From Candidatus Limnocylindrales bacterium (GTDB lineage Bacteria; Chloroflexota; Limnocylindria; Limnocylindrales; CSP1-4), in assembly GCA_038204565.1 (NCBI GenBank), contig JBBRCU010000007.1, positions 13,026 through 77,025 of the forward strand: DNA of 64,000 bases, read 5' to 3'. This document shows, in pieces, positions 51,271 to 60,535 of the stretch. The notes under the pieces are model-generated. The model was given only the letters and a program-made list of their open reading frames with translations. It did no database searches and had not been told where the DNA came from. The position numbers and the translations under genes are program-made. The first letter of the stretch is position 1; each line of letters starts with the position of its first letter.

Positions 51271-52152
51271 TCAGCCGAAGAGGTCGAACTCGCGGGGCAT
51301 GATCGCGTCGCGGATCGACCCTTCGCCGAGGAGCGGCCGCGCGCCACGGACGATCGCCACCGGCCGGCCGGCGACCTTGCCAAGGGCCAGCTCCGCCGCG
51401 GACGCGATCTCGTCGGCGGGCGCCCGGATGGTCGACTTCATGACTCGCCCGTCTGCGTCGGGCGTGCCGCGGAGGTCCTCGATCGGGATGAGCCCGGCCA
51501 CCCCGATCGCGACGTCGGTGATCCCCCAGCGCCACGGCCGCCCGAATGAGTCCGACACGATGACCGGAACGTCCACCCCGAACCGATCCCGGACGGCGGC
51601 GCGGATGACCGCCGCCGACGCGTCGGGATCATGCGGCAGAAGGGTGACGACGTTGCCGCTGGCCGGCCCGACATTCGAGGCGTCGACCCCGCCGTTGGCG
51701 CAGATGAAGCCATGCTCCGTCTCGGTGATGATCACGCCGCGCTCCATCCGGACGACCCGGCGGGCCTCCCGCAGGACAACCTCGACCTGGCGCGGGTCCC
51801 GGTCCCAGCGCTCGGCGAAGGCCACCGCCTCCGGGCGCGGCTCGACCGCCGTGAGGTCGACGACGGCGCCCTCTGCCTTCGACACGACCTTCTGGGTCAC
51901 GACGAGGACGTCGTCCGGACGCAGCGGGAGCAGGCCGGCCGTCCGCTCGATCGCATCGCCGATGAGTGCCGCCAGATCGTCGCCGGCGACGACCTCCGGG
52001 ATCCCCGCGAGGGCGATCGCCTCCACCCGGCCCACGTCCGGCTCGCCGGCGTCCGGCCCTGCGGTGTTCGGCCCACTGCCAGTGGCTCCGGCCGCCCCGT
52101 CGTTGGAATCCGGTTCGCGCCGTGGCGCCCCGGCCGGGATGTCAGCCGACAT
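51271..52152 (-). CDS. cofE: coenzyme F420-0:L-glutamate ligase (CofE), stand-alone
   Basis: VVTQKVVSKAEG...IITETEHGFICANGGVDASNV...VSDSFGRPWRWG match CofE motifs. There is no C-terminal nitroreductase (FbiB) domain. The track ORF is extended to 52458. ATG at 52152. Confidence 0.75.
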   Translation of the reverse strand: MSADIPAGAPRREPDSNDGAAGATGSGPNTAGPDAGEPDVGRVEAIALAGIPEVVAGDDLAALIGDAIERTAGLLPLRPDDVLVVTQKVVSKAEGAVVDLTAVEPRPEAVAFAERWDRDPRQVEVVLREARRVVRMERGVIITETEHGFICANGGVDASNVGPASGNVVTLLPHDPDASAAVIRAAVRDRFGVDVPVIVSDSFGRPWRWGITDVAIGVAGLIPIEDLRGTPDADGRVMKSTIRAPADEIASAAELALGKVAGRPVAIVRGARPLLGEGSIRDAIMPREFDLFG

Positions 52153-52810
52153 CGACCGTCGCCCGATCGACGGCGACGTGGCCATGGTCGGCCGCCTCGC
52201 TCCGGGCGAGGCTCGCCTCGGCGAGCAGCAGGTCGTCCGGGGTATCGAGATCGAGCGTGAGTGGTCCGTCCAGCTCGACCAGGCGGGCACCCCGGTCGCG
52301 GGCGGCCGCCGCATGTGCGATCGCGCTGTCGCCGCCGAAAGACGTCTCGATGGCGTCGGGCGGGGCGAGCAGGAGCGCGTTCGTTCCTCGGCCGTGGCGA
52401 TCGCGGACGATGGCGACGAGCGGCCGGTGTGGATCGTCGGCCATGGCCGCGACCGCATCGATCGCGGCGGAAGTGATGTCCGGGAGGTCGATTGGCAGGA
52501 TCAGGATCGCCGCCGCGCCGCCGGCGACCGACTCGGCCCGAGCCATGTCGATTCCGTGGTTCAGGCCGCCGTCACGTTGGAGCATCGGCCGGGCTCCGAG
52601 CTCGGTCGCGATGGTCCGGACCGCGTCGTCGGGCGTGATCACCAGGACTTCGTCGATCCGGCTCGCCGCAACAGCGGCCGCGATCGTCCGCCGGACGAGC
52701 CTCGTCGTCAGCTCGAGCCGCTCTTCGGCGTCGAGCACCGCTCCGAGGCGTGACTTGGCCTCGGCGAGGCGGCCGACCGGGATGATCGCGACCATGATCG
52801 GCTCGGGCAT
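52142..52810 (-). CDS. cofC: 2-phospho-L-lactate guanylyltransferase
   Basis: MVAIIPVGRLAEAKSRLGAVL...EVLVITPD...GRGTNALLL is the CofC/FbiD nucleotidyltransferase pattern. Confidence 0.7.
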   Translation of the reverse strand: MPEPIMVAIIPVGRLAEAKSRLGAVLDAEERLELTTRLVRRTIAAAVAASRIDEVLVITPDDAVRTIATELGARPMLQRDGGLNHGIDMARAESVAGGAAAILILPIDLPDITSAAIDAVAAMADDPHRPLVAIVRDRHGRGTNALLLAPPDAIETSFGGDSAIAHAAAARDRGARLVELDGPLTLDLDTPDDLLLAEASLARSEAADHGHVAVDRATVDVG

Positions 52811-52833
52811 GACCCGAATCCTAGGCGAGATCA

Positions 52834-53481
52834 TCAGATCCCGAACGCCCCCAGGAAGACCCGGTCAAGGCCGATGGCGTAGGCGATGGCTGTCGCGCCG
52901 AACGCGAGGACGACCGCACCGGAGATCCGGTTGATCCAGACGAGGACCGTCGGCGTCATCCGGGCCCTGATTCTGCCGACGACCGCCGTCAGCAGGACCC
53001 ACCACAGGCTCGATCCGAGGAACACGCCGACGGTCAGGAGCGCCGCCTCGGTGACTCCCCGGCCGGCCAGCCCAAGCCCGGCGAAGATCCCGCCGAACGA
53101 CAGGATCGTCATCGGGTTGGTCATCGTCAGCCCGTAGATCGAGAGGAACGCCGGAGCGAGACCGGGCCGATCGTCGGTCTCCGCCGCGGCCGCCTCGGGT
53201 CGGGCGCGGATGATCCGGACCGCGAGCCAGATCAGGAACGCGCCACCGACGAGGGCGAAAACCGTCCGCGCCCCGACGAGGATCGAGGTTATGGCGGTGA
53301 GCCCGAACGCTGCGACGGCGCCGTACGACGCATCAGCTGAGGCCACGCCGAGCCCCGAGGCGAGCCCGTAGACGCGGCCGTGGGTGATCGTCCGGCGGAT
53401 CGTCAGCAGGCTGATCGGCCCGACGGCGGCGGCGATCGTGAACCCGATCACAAGACCGCGGATCAGGAAGGAGAGGTCCAT
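52834..53481 (-). CDS. LysE/RhtB-family amino-acid exporter
   Basis: MDLSFLIRGLVIGFTIAAAVGPISLLTIRRTITHG is the LysE N-terminal motif. Six TM helices. It is 215 aa. Confidence 0.75.
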   Translation of the reverse strand: MDLSFLIRGLVIGFTIAAAVGPISLLTIRRTITHGRVYGLASGLGVASADASYGAVAAFGLTAITSILVGARTVFALVGGAFLIWLAVRIIRARPEAAAAETDDRPGLAPAFLSIYGLTMTNPMTILSFGGIFAGLGLAGRGVTEAALLTVGVFLGSSLWWVLLTAVVGRIRARMTPTVLVWINRISGAVVLAFGATAIAYAIGLDRVFLGAFGI

Positions 53482-53612
53482 GCACGTGGCTCCGTGGCTG
53501 TTGCCGACGGCAGACGAGGGTGTGGCGGGTCACGCAGGTCTGTGACAGCAAAAGGCCCCCGGCCAGGCCGAGGGCGGGTGGCGATCGATGACGCCCGATC
53601 AGGGACGTGTCG

Positions 53613-54215
53613 TCAGGCCAGACCGACCCTCGCCGAGGGTTGCTGACCGTTGAAGGTGCGGGTCACGAGGCGCTGCTGCACGGCCGGACTGTCGCCGTTC
53701 GTGGCGAGCATGTCAAGGACCGCCCTGCCGCCCAGGATGACGCCGGACGCGCTCGCCCGCAGCCGATGTGGGGCACCAGGCCACACGACGCGGGAGCGCC
53801 GCCCGGCGTGCGAGGAGGCGGGTCGACGACGTTGCTCTCGGTGACGAAGTCGGGACCCCCAGATCGCGTCGAGAATCTCCTCGCTGGTCACGATCGTCCA
53901 GCCCGGCTGGCCAGTAGACAGAGCAGTCCCTGCTCGATGGCCGTCAGGTGGATTTCCGATATTCCGGCTTGTACCGGGCGATTCACGATGTCGATCTTCA
54001 TCGCCGATCGTGATCGTCGGGACGATCGGTCGATCGGTTCCGGAGCTTCGGCGGGTGATGACGATCGCCCGCGCGAGCAGCTCCTCCGGCGAGAACGGAA
54101 CGGTCAGGATATCGTCAACGCCGAGGTCGAAGGCCCGGAGCTTCGTCCTGACGTCGCCCCGCCGGGTGGCGACGCCAGGTCCGATGAGACGCGGCTGGGA
54201 CGCGGACGCGGCCCG
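53613..54215 (-). pseudogene. OmpR-family response regulator remnant: 5'-truncated by cofD, with a frameshifted DNA-binding domain
   Basis: One frame reads ...ATRRGDVRTKLRAFDLGVDDILTVPFSPEELLARAIVITRRSSG, the receiver-domain C-terminal half. Further on it reads GQPGWTIVTSEEILDAIWGS (wHTH recognition helix), after which similarity continues only in another frame (DFVTESNVVD). There is no phospho-acceptor half. An in-frame stop lies 15 nt inside the cofD 3' flank. Confidence 0.55.
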
Positions 54216-54228
54216 TCAGGCCCAGGAA

Positions 54229-55170
54229 TCAGCCGACGGCCGCGAGGACGTTGGTCGCCAATCGCGCCCGGGACGCGTCGTCGGTCATGATCGTGTCGGT
54301 GACGACCGCCCGGATCCCGAGCCGCTCGACTGCGGGGGCCAGAGCCGCATCCACGTCATCGAGCACGAACGCATCGATCAACCCGGAATAGCCCCGGGCC
54401 ACACCGAGCGCCGTGGGCTCATGGCCGAGCGAGGCAAGCATCCGGTCGGCCGGCCCTTTCAGCGCCTTGCCGCCGACGATCCCGCTGACGGCGACGAAGC
54501 GCGCCCCGCGACCGCGGGCCGCGGCGAGCAACTCGGTCATGCCGGGCACCGCGAGGATCGGCCCGACCGACACGATCGGGTTGGACGGGGCGATCACGAC
54601 GATGTCGGCAGCAGCCAGTGCCGCCTCGACCTCGGGCGTCGGGCGGGCTGCCTCGATCCCTGCGAAGCGGACCTCGCGGACGTCGGGGGCCTGGCGGAGA
54701 CGGACGAAGTAATCCTGGAAGTCGAGCCAGCCCGTGTCCGTCCGGACCTCGGTCCGGACGGGCTCGTCGGTCATCGCGAGGACCGTCGCCCGGAGCTCGA
54801 GGGAGCGCTGGAGCTCGAGCAGGACCTCGGTCAGGCGGCGACCGCGGCGGAGGCGCTCGGTCCGGACGATATGGGTGGCGAGATCGAGGTCGCCGAGGCG
54901 GAACCAGCCCTCCTCGCCGTAGCGCTCCATCGCCCCCATCGTTCGCCAGCTGTCGCCGGCGAGGCCCCAGCCGAACTCCGCGTTCTCCAGGCCGGCGAGG
55001 GTGTAGAGGACGGTGTCGTGATCGGCGCAGACGAGGAGGCCGTGGCGCTCGGTGTCGTCGCCGGTGTTGACGATGACGGTCAGCCGATCCGCGACCACCG
55101 CCTGGAGCCCGTCCGCGAGCTTGGCCCCGCCAACGCCGCCGGCCAGCTCGACGACCCGCGGCTCAGTCAC
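54229..55170 (-). CDS. cofD: 2-phospho-L-lactate transferase (CofD/FbiA)
   Basis: VVELAGGVGGAKLADGLQ...TVIVNTGDDTERHGLLVCADHDTVLYTLAGL match the CofD N-terminal motifs. The GTG at 55170 overlaps the upstream LLM gene stop. The track TTG is at 55257. Confidence 0.8.
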   Translation of the reverse strand: MTEPRVVELAGGVGGAKLADGLQAVVADRLTVIVNTGDDTERHGLLVCADHDTVLYTLAGLENAEFGWGLAGDSWRTMGAMERYGEEGWFRLGDLDLATHIVRTERLRRGRRLTEVLLELQRSLELRATVLAMTDEPVRTEVRTDTGWLDFQDYFVRLRQAPDVREVRFAGIEAARPTPEVEAALAAADIVVIAPSNPIVSVGPILAVPGMTELLAAARGRGARFVAVSGIVGGKALKGPADRMLASLGHEPTALGVARGYSGLIDAFVLDDVDAALAPAVERLGIRAVVTDTIMTDDASRARLATNVLAAVG

Positions 55171-56098
55171 CGAGGAGCACGCCGACGTCGGCCATCCGCT
55201 CGATCGTCTCGAGATCGTATGGGGCTGGCAGCCGAACAATGACGGTCGAGAAGCCAAGATCGCGGAACGGGCCGATCGCGTCGGCGACGAGCTGCGGCGG
55301 ACCAGCCAGATGGGGGACGTTGCCGGCGTTCTCGACGCCGTTGATCGCGAAGCGCTCGGCGAATGCTGCCCGCGCGGCGGCCACCGTGTCGCGGATCGCG
55401 ATCGGAAAGCTGATGCTCAGCTCGATCTCGGAGCGGTCGCGCCCGACGGCTGCGCAGTGCTCGTCGAGTGTGGCCAGGCTCGTCCGGACGAAGTCGAGCG
55501 TCCCGGCGGTGTTCCAGGCGTCGCCGTGGAGCGCCGTCGTGCGAAGCGTCTTCTTCGGTCCCGACCCTCCGATCAGGATCGGCAGGTGGGGTTGGACCGG
55601 GCGCGGCTCGCAGAGCGCATCGCGCAGCGTGTAGAAGCGCCCGACGTGGGTGACCCGCTCGCCGTCGAGCAGCCGCCTGAGCAACGTCACCGACTCCTCG
55701 AGCCGGTCCAGGCGTTCGCCCGGACCGGAGCCCCACGCGTCGTCGAAGCCGAATGCATCGTGCTCCCGCTCGAACCACGCCCCGCCGATGCCGAGGACCG
55801 CCCGCCCGTCGCTCACGTGATCGAGCGTTGTCGCGAGCTTGGCTGTCAGGCCCGGATTGCGGAACGTGTTCGCGCCGACCATGAGCCCGATCCGGACGCG
55901 GCTCGTGACCGCACCCAGCGCCGTCAGGGTGGACCAGCCCTCGAGGATCGGCTGTTCCCAGGGACCGAAGATCGCGAGCAGGTGATCCCAGGTCCAGACA
56001 GAATCCCAGCCCGTTGCCTCAGCGCGGAGGGCCGCATCACGGAATGCCGGCCACGTCGTGTGCTGAGACCAGAGCTGAGCGCCGAACTTGATCGTCAT
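55163..56098 (-). CDS. LLM-class F420-dependent oxidoreductase
   Basis: GWDSVWTWDHLL, RIGLMVGANTFRNPGL, AVLGIGGAWFEREHDAFG and PILIGGSGPKKTLR are luciferase-like monooxygenase family motifs. Confidence 0.7.
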   Translation of the reverse strand: MTIKFGAQLWSQHTTWPAFRDAALRAEATGWDSVWTWDHLLAIFGPWEQPILEGWSTLTALGAVTSRVRIGLMVGANTFRNPGLTAKLATTLDHVSDGRAVLGIGGAWFEREHDAFGFDDAWGSGPGERLDRLEESVTLLRRLLDGERVTHVGRFYTLRDALCEPRPVQPHLPILIGGSGPKKTLRTTALHGDAWNTAGTLDFVRTSLATLDEHCAAVGRDRSEIELSISFPIAIRDTVAAARAAFAERFAINGVENAGNVPHLAGPPQLVADAIGPFRDLGFSTVIVRLPAPYDLETIERMADVGVLLGD

Positions 56099-56192
56099 CG
56101 GGGCGGGTCCTCGGGTGTGGGGCAGGGGCGCCTGGCTGATGACGAGGCCGGATCAAATGGCCCGCCATCCGCCAGCCGCCGGTCGGATCGGC

Positions 56193-57188
56193 TCACGCGG
56201 TGAGCTTCGGCAGGACCTCTCGCCCGAACACGTCGATCCACTCCGCCTGGTTGCGCCCGACATTGTGGAGGTAGATCTGGTCGAAGCCGAGGTCGAGGAA
56301 CTTCTGGATCTGCTGGCGATGCTTGTCCGGGTCGGACGAGATCAGCATTCGGCCCTCGAAATCCTCGGGCCGGACGAGCTTCGCCATCTGCTCGAAATCG
56401 AGCGGACTCCGGATGTCCTGCTTGGGGAACTTCATTCCGCCGTTCGGCCACTCGACCATGGCGTTGGTCATCGCCTCCTCGTCGGTCGGCGCCCACGACA
56501 GGTGGAGCTGGAGGATGTACTTGAAGTCGTCGGGATCCTTGCCTGCGTCGCGGCAGCCTTCCTCGCATTTCGCCCGGATCATCTCGAGCTTGGACTCCGG
56601 CGCGCCGACCGTGATCAGGCCCTCGGCGTACTGGCCGGTCTTCTTGGCGGTGACCGGCCCGGCCGTGGCGATGTAGATCGGCGGCGGCTCGGCCGGCATG
56701 GTCCAGAGGCGAGTCGACTCGAGCCTGAAGAACTTGCCCTCGTGCTTGACGTCCTTGCCCGGGCTGCCGAAGAGCTTCTTGATGATCTCGATCGCCTCGA
56801 ACATCCGGTTGATCCGCTCGGGCGTCTCGGGCCAGTAGCCCGCGACGATGTGCTCGTTGAGGGCCTCGCCGCTGCCGAGCCCGAGCCAGTGGCGACCGGG
56901 GTACATCGCGGCCAGCGTCGCGGATGCCTGGGCGATGATCGCCGGGTGCATCCGGAACGACGGGCAGGCCACGCCCGGGCCGACGTCACCGGTCGTCCGC
57001 TCGCCGATGGCGGTCATGACATTCCAGACGAATGCGGCCTCGCCCTGCTGGGGGACCCACGGCTGGAAATGGTCCGCGGCCATGACGCCGCTGAAGCCAT
57101 GGGCCTCGGCGTCCGCGGAATAGCCGACGACCTCCTGCGGCCCGAACTGCTCGAGCATCGCGGCGTAGCCGATCTTCGGGGTGGCCAT
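56193..57188 (-). CDS. fgd: F420-dependent glucose-6-phosphate dehydrogenase
   Basis: Alignable by eye along its length to M. tuberculosis Fgd1: KIGYAAMLEQFGPQEVV...HGFSGVMAADHFQPW...GLGSGEALNE...PIYIATAGPVTAKKTGQYAEG. Confidence 0.8.
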   Translation of the reverse strand: MATPKIGYAAMLEQFGPQEVVGYSADAEAHGFSGVMAADHFQPWVPQQGEAAFVWNVMTAIGERTTGDVGPGVACPSFRMHPAIIAQASATLAAMYPGRHWLGLGSGEALNEHIVAGYWPETPERINRMFEAIEIIKKLFGSPGKDVKHEGKFFRLESTRLWTMPAEPPPIYIATAGPVTAKKTGQYAEGLITVGAPESKLEMIRAKCEEGCRDAGKDPDDFKYILQLHLSWAPTDEEAMTNAMVEWPNGGMKFPKQDIRSPLDFEQMAKLVRPEDFEGRMLISSDPDKHRQQIQKFLDLGFDQIYLHNVGRNQAEWIDVFGREVLPKLTA

Positions 57189-57191
57189 CGG

Positions 57192-57650
57192 TCAGTCCTC
57201 CAGGTGGTCATGGACGCTGTCGATGGCGATCCGGAAGGTCACCCTGGCCTGGCTCCGGAACGACGCGATGCTGTCCGCGGTCGGCTCGTCGCGATAGCGG
57301 CGGGCAAGGCCGACGATGTCCTCGCGGGCGCGCTCGACCTCGTCGTCGATCGCGTCCACGTGGCCGGTGATCCCGAGCCAGCGCTCGCCGTCGTCGACGT
57401 CGGTGATCGCGAGCGACGCTCGCCCGTCGCGGCGGAGGTTGGCCGGCCAGCGCCGCCCGTCGCGGCTGTTGACGAGGATCCGTCCGTCAGGCTCGAGCCG
57501 GTACCAGATCACTGCCTGGCGCGGCGCGCCGTCCGGGTCGATGGTGGCGAGGGCGGCGAACAGGCGACGCTCGAGAAAGGCCCGCTGGCGGTCGTCGAGA
57601 ACTACCGCGGGACGGGGCGAAATGGTCGGGGAGGGGTGGGCAGGCTCCAT
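57192..57650 (-). CDS. PPOX-class (pyridoxamine 5'-phosphate oxidase-like) probable F420-dependent enzyme
   Basis: FLERRLFAALATIDPDGAPRQAVIWYRLEPDGRILVNS matches the split-barrel FMN/F420-binding pattern of Rv1155-like proteins. It is 152 aa. Confidence 0.6.
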   Translation of the reverse strand: MEPAHPSPTISPRPAVVLDDRQRAFLERRLFAALATIDPDGAPRQAVIWYRLEPDGRILVNSRDGRRWPANLRRDGRASLAITDVDDGERWLGITGHVDAIDDEVERAREDIVGLARRYRDEPTADSIASFRSQARVTFRIAIDSVHDHLED

Positions 57651-57762
57651 GGATCGATGGTACGCGAGGTCGCCCGAGGAGGCTGGCGGCGTCGTTGGGC
57701 CGGACGGGCGCCGCGGCCCGGGTGGGGGACGGTCTGGCGGCGCTCGTTCGTCGCTTTCTGGT

Positions 57763-58986
57763 TCAGGCGGGACGGTCGGCCCGGGTCACCCTCGTCCGGG
57801 TCCGCGCGTTGGCGTCGCGGACGCGGCGACCGATCGCTGCCCGGGCCGCGTCGAGGCGGAGGCTCTCCATCGGCCGGGGCAAGCCAGGTTCGCTGGCCGG
57901 CTTGCCGATGAGGTAGCCCTGGCCGAGGTCCACGCCAAGCGCCGTCAGGAGGGCGAGGTCGGCCCGTCGCTCGATCCCCTCGGCCAGGAGCCGAGCACCG
58001 ATCCGGCCGCCGAACGAGACGAATGCTTCGACGAGGGCCTGCTTTGCGTCGTCCCGGGCAATGCCCGACGCGATCTCGCGGTCGATCTTGATCACCGACG
58101 GCCGGAGGGCGGCGATCAGGCTGAAGCTCGCGTACCCTGCCCCGGCGTCGTCGATCGCGAACCCGAATCCGAGCCGCCGGAAGGCCTTGACCTGCTTGAT
58201 GAGCGGTCCGACCTCGGAGACCGCCTGCTGCTCGGTGCACTCGAGGGTGATGTGGCGGGGGTCGAGCCCGGCGTCCTTGACCGTCGTCGCGAATGCACCC
58301 GCCTCGAACTGACTGTCGAGGAGGCTCGCCGGGGTGAAGTTGATCGCAACGTGGATGGGGGCGACCTTCGCCGCCCGGCGAGCGGCCTGGATCGCCCCGA
58401 CTCGATTGAGGACGATCCGAACGATGAAGGCGTCGAGCTCGATCGTGCGTCCGGTGTCGACCGCCGCCTGGACGACCGTGCTGATCGACGTCTCGAGGCC
58501 GGGCATCTGCGGCCGGAAGAGGCACTCGTAGTCGACCAGGGCTCCGGTCGTGAGCTCGACGATTGGCTGGAAGGCCACGCCGTGGACGTTCCGGAGCGTG
58601 AAGAAGTAATCGAGCATCTTCGATTGGAGCATCTGGCTGGACTGGGCCATGCCGATCCGCTCGGCGAGGCCCGATTGCTGGACGGCTGCCGAGAGCGCAA
58701 TGAGATGGCGTTCGCCTTCCGGCAGCGCCAGGTCGAGGGTCACGAGGCCGTACGGCGGCGAATGGACCGCCGCGGCGATCTCGGCTGCGCGGGTGTCGGT
58801 CAGGTCGCCGGCCGGCCCGATGACCACGATCCCGGAATCGAGTTCATATGACCGGCAGCCAGGCACGACATCGAGAAGGTGATGGGCGAATCGAACGTCG
58901 CGCGACCACAGCAGTCGCTCATCGGCGTCATGCAGTTTCGTCCCGAGCAGGAAGCGCACAGGGCCCCTTGTGCCGCGAGAAGGCAC
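57763..58986 (-). CDS. EAL domain protein (putative c-di-GMP phosphodiesterase) with ~130 aa N-terminal domain
   Basis: YECLFRP (EAL-type), IDDAGAGYASFS (DDFGTG-like), VIKIDREI and GIERRADLALLTALGVDLGQGYLIGKP are EAL motifs. GTG start. Confidence 0.75.
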   Translation of the reverse strand: MPSRGTRGPVRFLLGTKLHDADERLLWSRDVRFAHHLLDVVPGCRSYELDSGIVVIGPAGDLTDTRAAEIAAAVHSPPYGLVTLDLALPEGERHLIALSAAVQQSGLAERIGMAQSSQMLQSKMLDYFFTLRNVHGVAFQPIVELTTGALVDYECLFRPQMPGLETSISTVVQAAVDTGRTIELDAFIVRIVLNRVGAIQAARRAAKVAPIHVAINFTPASLLDSQFEAGAFATTVKDAGLDPRHITLECTEQQAVSEVGPLIKQVKAFRRLGFGFAIDDAGAGYASFSLIAALRPSVIKIDREIASGIARDDAKQALVEAFVSFGGRIGARLLAEGIERRADLALLTALGVDLGQGYLIGKPASEPGLPRPMESLRLDAARAAIGRRVRDANARTRTRVTRADRPA

Positions 58987-59103
58987 ACATGGACAGGCCC
59001 TGGTGGCCTGTCGTTCTGGTCTGATCCTACGCCCGGCGTCGCCACCGTCGGACCCACCGAGCGTCCCGGTTGCCGATGGCCCGGAAGTCCTGTCGAAGGA
59101 CGG

Positions 59104-59856
59104 TCAGGCGAGCCGCTCGCCGGCGCGGATCGGGAGGTCGAGCCGGTTCGACGGTGGCGCGAGAGGACAGGCCCATCTGGGGTCGAACGCGCAGGACGGC
59201 TGGAACGCGAAGTTGAAGTCGAGGACGAGCGTGCCGGCGACCCGGTCGCCGCCGAGGTCGGCGCCCTTCGCGGCATCGAGAAGATAGCGGCCCGCGCCGT
59301 AGGTCTCGCTGCCATTCGTGGCGTCGCGGAAGGGCAGGAACAGCCCGCCCGCATAGCCCTCCATCCAGAAGACGTCGAGCCGGCGCGACCCGGCCGGAAA
59401 CGGGATCTCGACCGTACCGAAGCGGCGGAACGCCATGACACCGCCGGCGCTCACCGGCAGATCGACCGCCGCCGTGCCCCGGGCGGGCACTCCCACCTCT
59501 TCGCTCGGACTGCCGCCGAAATCGATCCCACCGGATGGCGCCAGGCCGGAGGAAAGGTCGAGGGCGGCGGGGGATGCGGCCGCCACGCCTTCGAACGGTC
59601 CGACGACGACCTCGCACCGGAGGCCAGGGTCGGGCTCGAAATGGCGCGCCCGGAAGGTGGCCCGTCGATCGGCCGGGACCGGAGACTGGGGATGATCGCG
59701 ATAGAGCCGCTCGCGGACCGTCCGCCAGTGATCGAGCGCAGCGGCCGGATCGGTCGCCGCAAGACGCCGAACGTCGGCGTACAGGCTGCCGATCGCGCGG
59801 CGCCAGTCCGCCAGGCTCAGGGTCGCGGTGATCCCGCCACGCGCCGGATCACCCAT
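59104..59856 (-). CDS. DUF1684 domain protein
   Basis: YGAGRYLLDAAKGADL...DFNFAFQPSCAFDPRWACPLAPPSNRLDLPIRAGE matches DUF1684 from memory. Not verified. Confidence 0.5.
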   Translation of the reverse strand: MGDPARGGITATLSLADWRRAIGSLYADVRRLAATDPAAALDHWRTVRERLYRDHPQSPVPADRRATFRARHFEPDPGLRCEVVVGPFEGVAAASPAALDLSSGLAPSGGIDFGGSPSEEVGVPARGTAAVDLPVSAGGVMAFRRFGTVEIPFPAGSRRLDVFWMEGYAGGLFLPFRDATNGSETYGAGRYLLDAAKGADLGGDRVAGTLVLDFNFAFQPSCAFDPRWACPLAPPSNRLDLPIRAGERLA

Positions 59857-59892
59857 GCGTGGGGTTCGCGGAGCGCGCGCGGCGCCGCCGGG

Positions 59893-60345
59893 TCACGAGC
59901 GGCGCTGCATCGAGCGGACAAGGATCACGGCCCCGACGGCGATCACGATCAGCGGCCAGAGGCCGCCCCAGCGGATCGTGGGGAGGTCCAGCCCGAGCGT
60001 GTAATCAAGGAAATACCAGACCCCGATCGCGATCAGGATGAGGCCGGCAATGATCGCCAACGTTCCCGAACGCCGGTCCCGCTCGTCGCGACCCGATCGT
60101 GGCGGGTACCAGGCGGGCTCGCGCCAGCCCGGATCGGACTGGCGGTCCGGATCCACCCGGAGTCGAGGGCTGCCGATTGGCGCGGCTGTCGCCGGCTCGG
60201 CCGGAGGCCGCCCGTCGCCGGTATCCGGAGGCCGCCCGTCGCCGGTATTCGCTGCCGGCCGCGCGGCGTCCGGAGTCGCCGGAGTCGCCGGCTGGGGGCC
60301 GGCTGCATCCGGATGTGGCTGCGTCTGGTCGATCGGATCGGTCAT
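59893..60345 (-). CDS. hypothetical membrane protein with Pro-rich N-terminus and two C-terminal TM helices
   Basis: The ATG near 60345 has a GAGGAG SD. TGDGRPPDTGDGRPPAEP is encoded by a 21-bp perfect tandem duplication. C-terminal TLAIIAGLILIAIGVWYF...WPLIVIAVGAVILV. The track ORF is extended to 60549. Confidence 0.4.
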   Translation of the reverse strand: MTDPIDQTQPHPDAAGPQPATPATPDAARPAANTGDGRPPDTGDGRPPAEPATAAPIGSPRLRVDPDRQSDPGWREPAWYPPRSGRDERDRRSGTLAIIAGLILIAIGVWYFLDYTLGLDLPTIRWGGLWPLIVIAVGAVILVRSMQRRS

Positions 60346-60535
60346 CGGGGCTCCTCTGGCGCGGCCATCGTACCCGTGCCCGGATCGCATCGACGAACCG
60401 TCGACGGTGGCAGCCGGATCAGCCGTGCGACAATGCCCGCCGATCGACGCCGCCGGACGGACCGCCCGTTGCGGCTGATTCGTCCCCCGCGCCGCCGACG
60501 TGACGGGCGGACCCGCAATGAGGAGGCAGACGACG

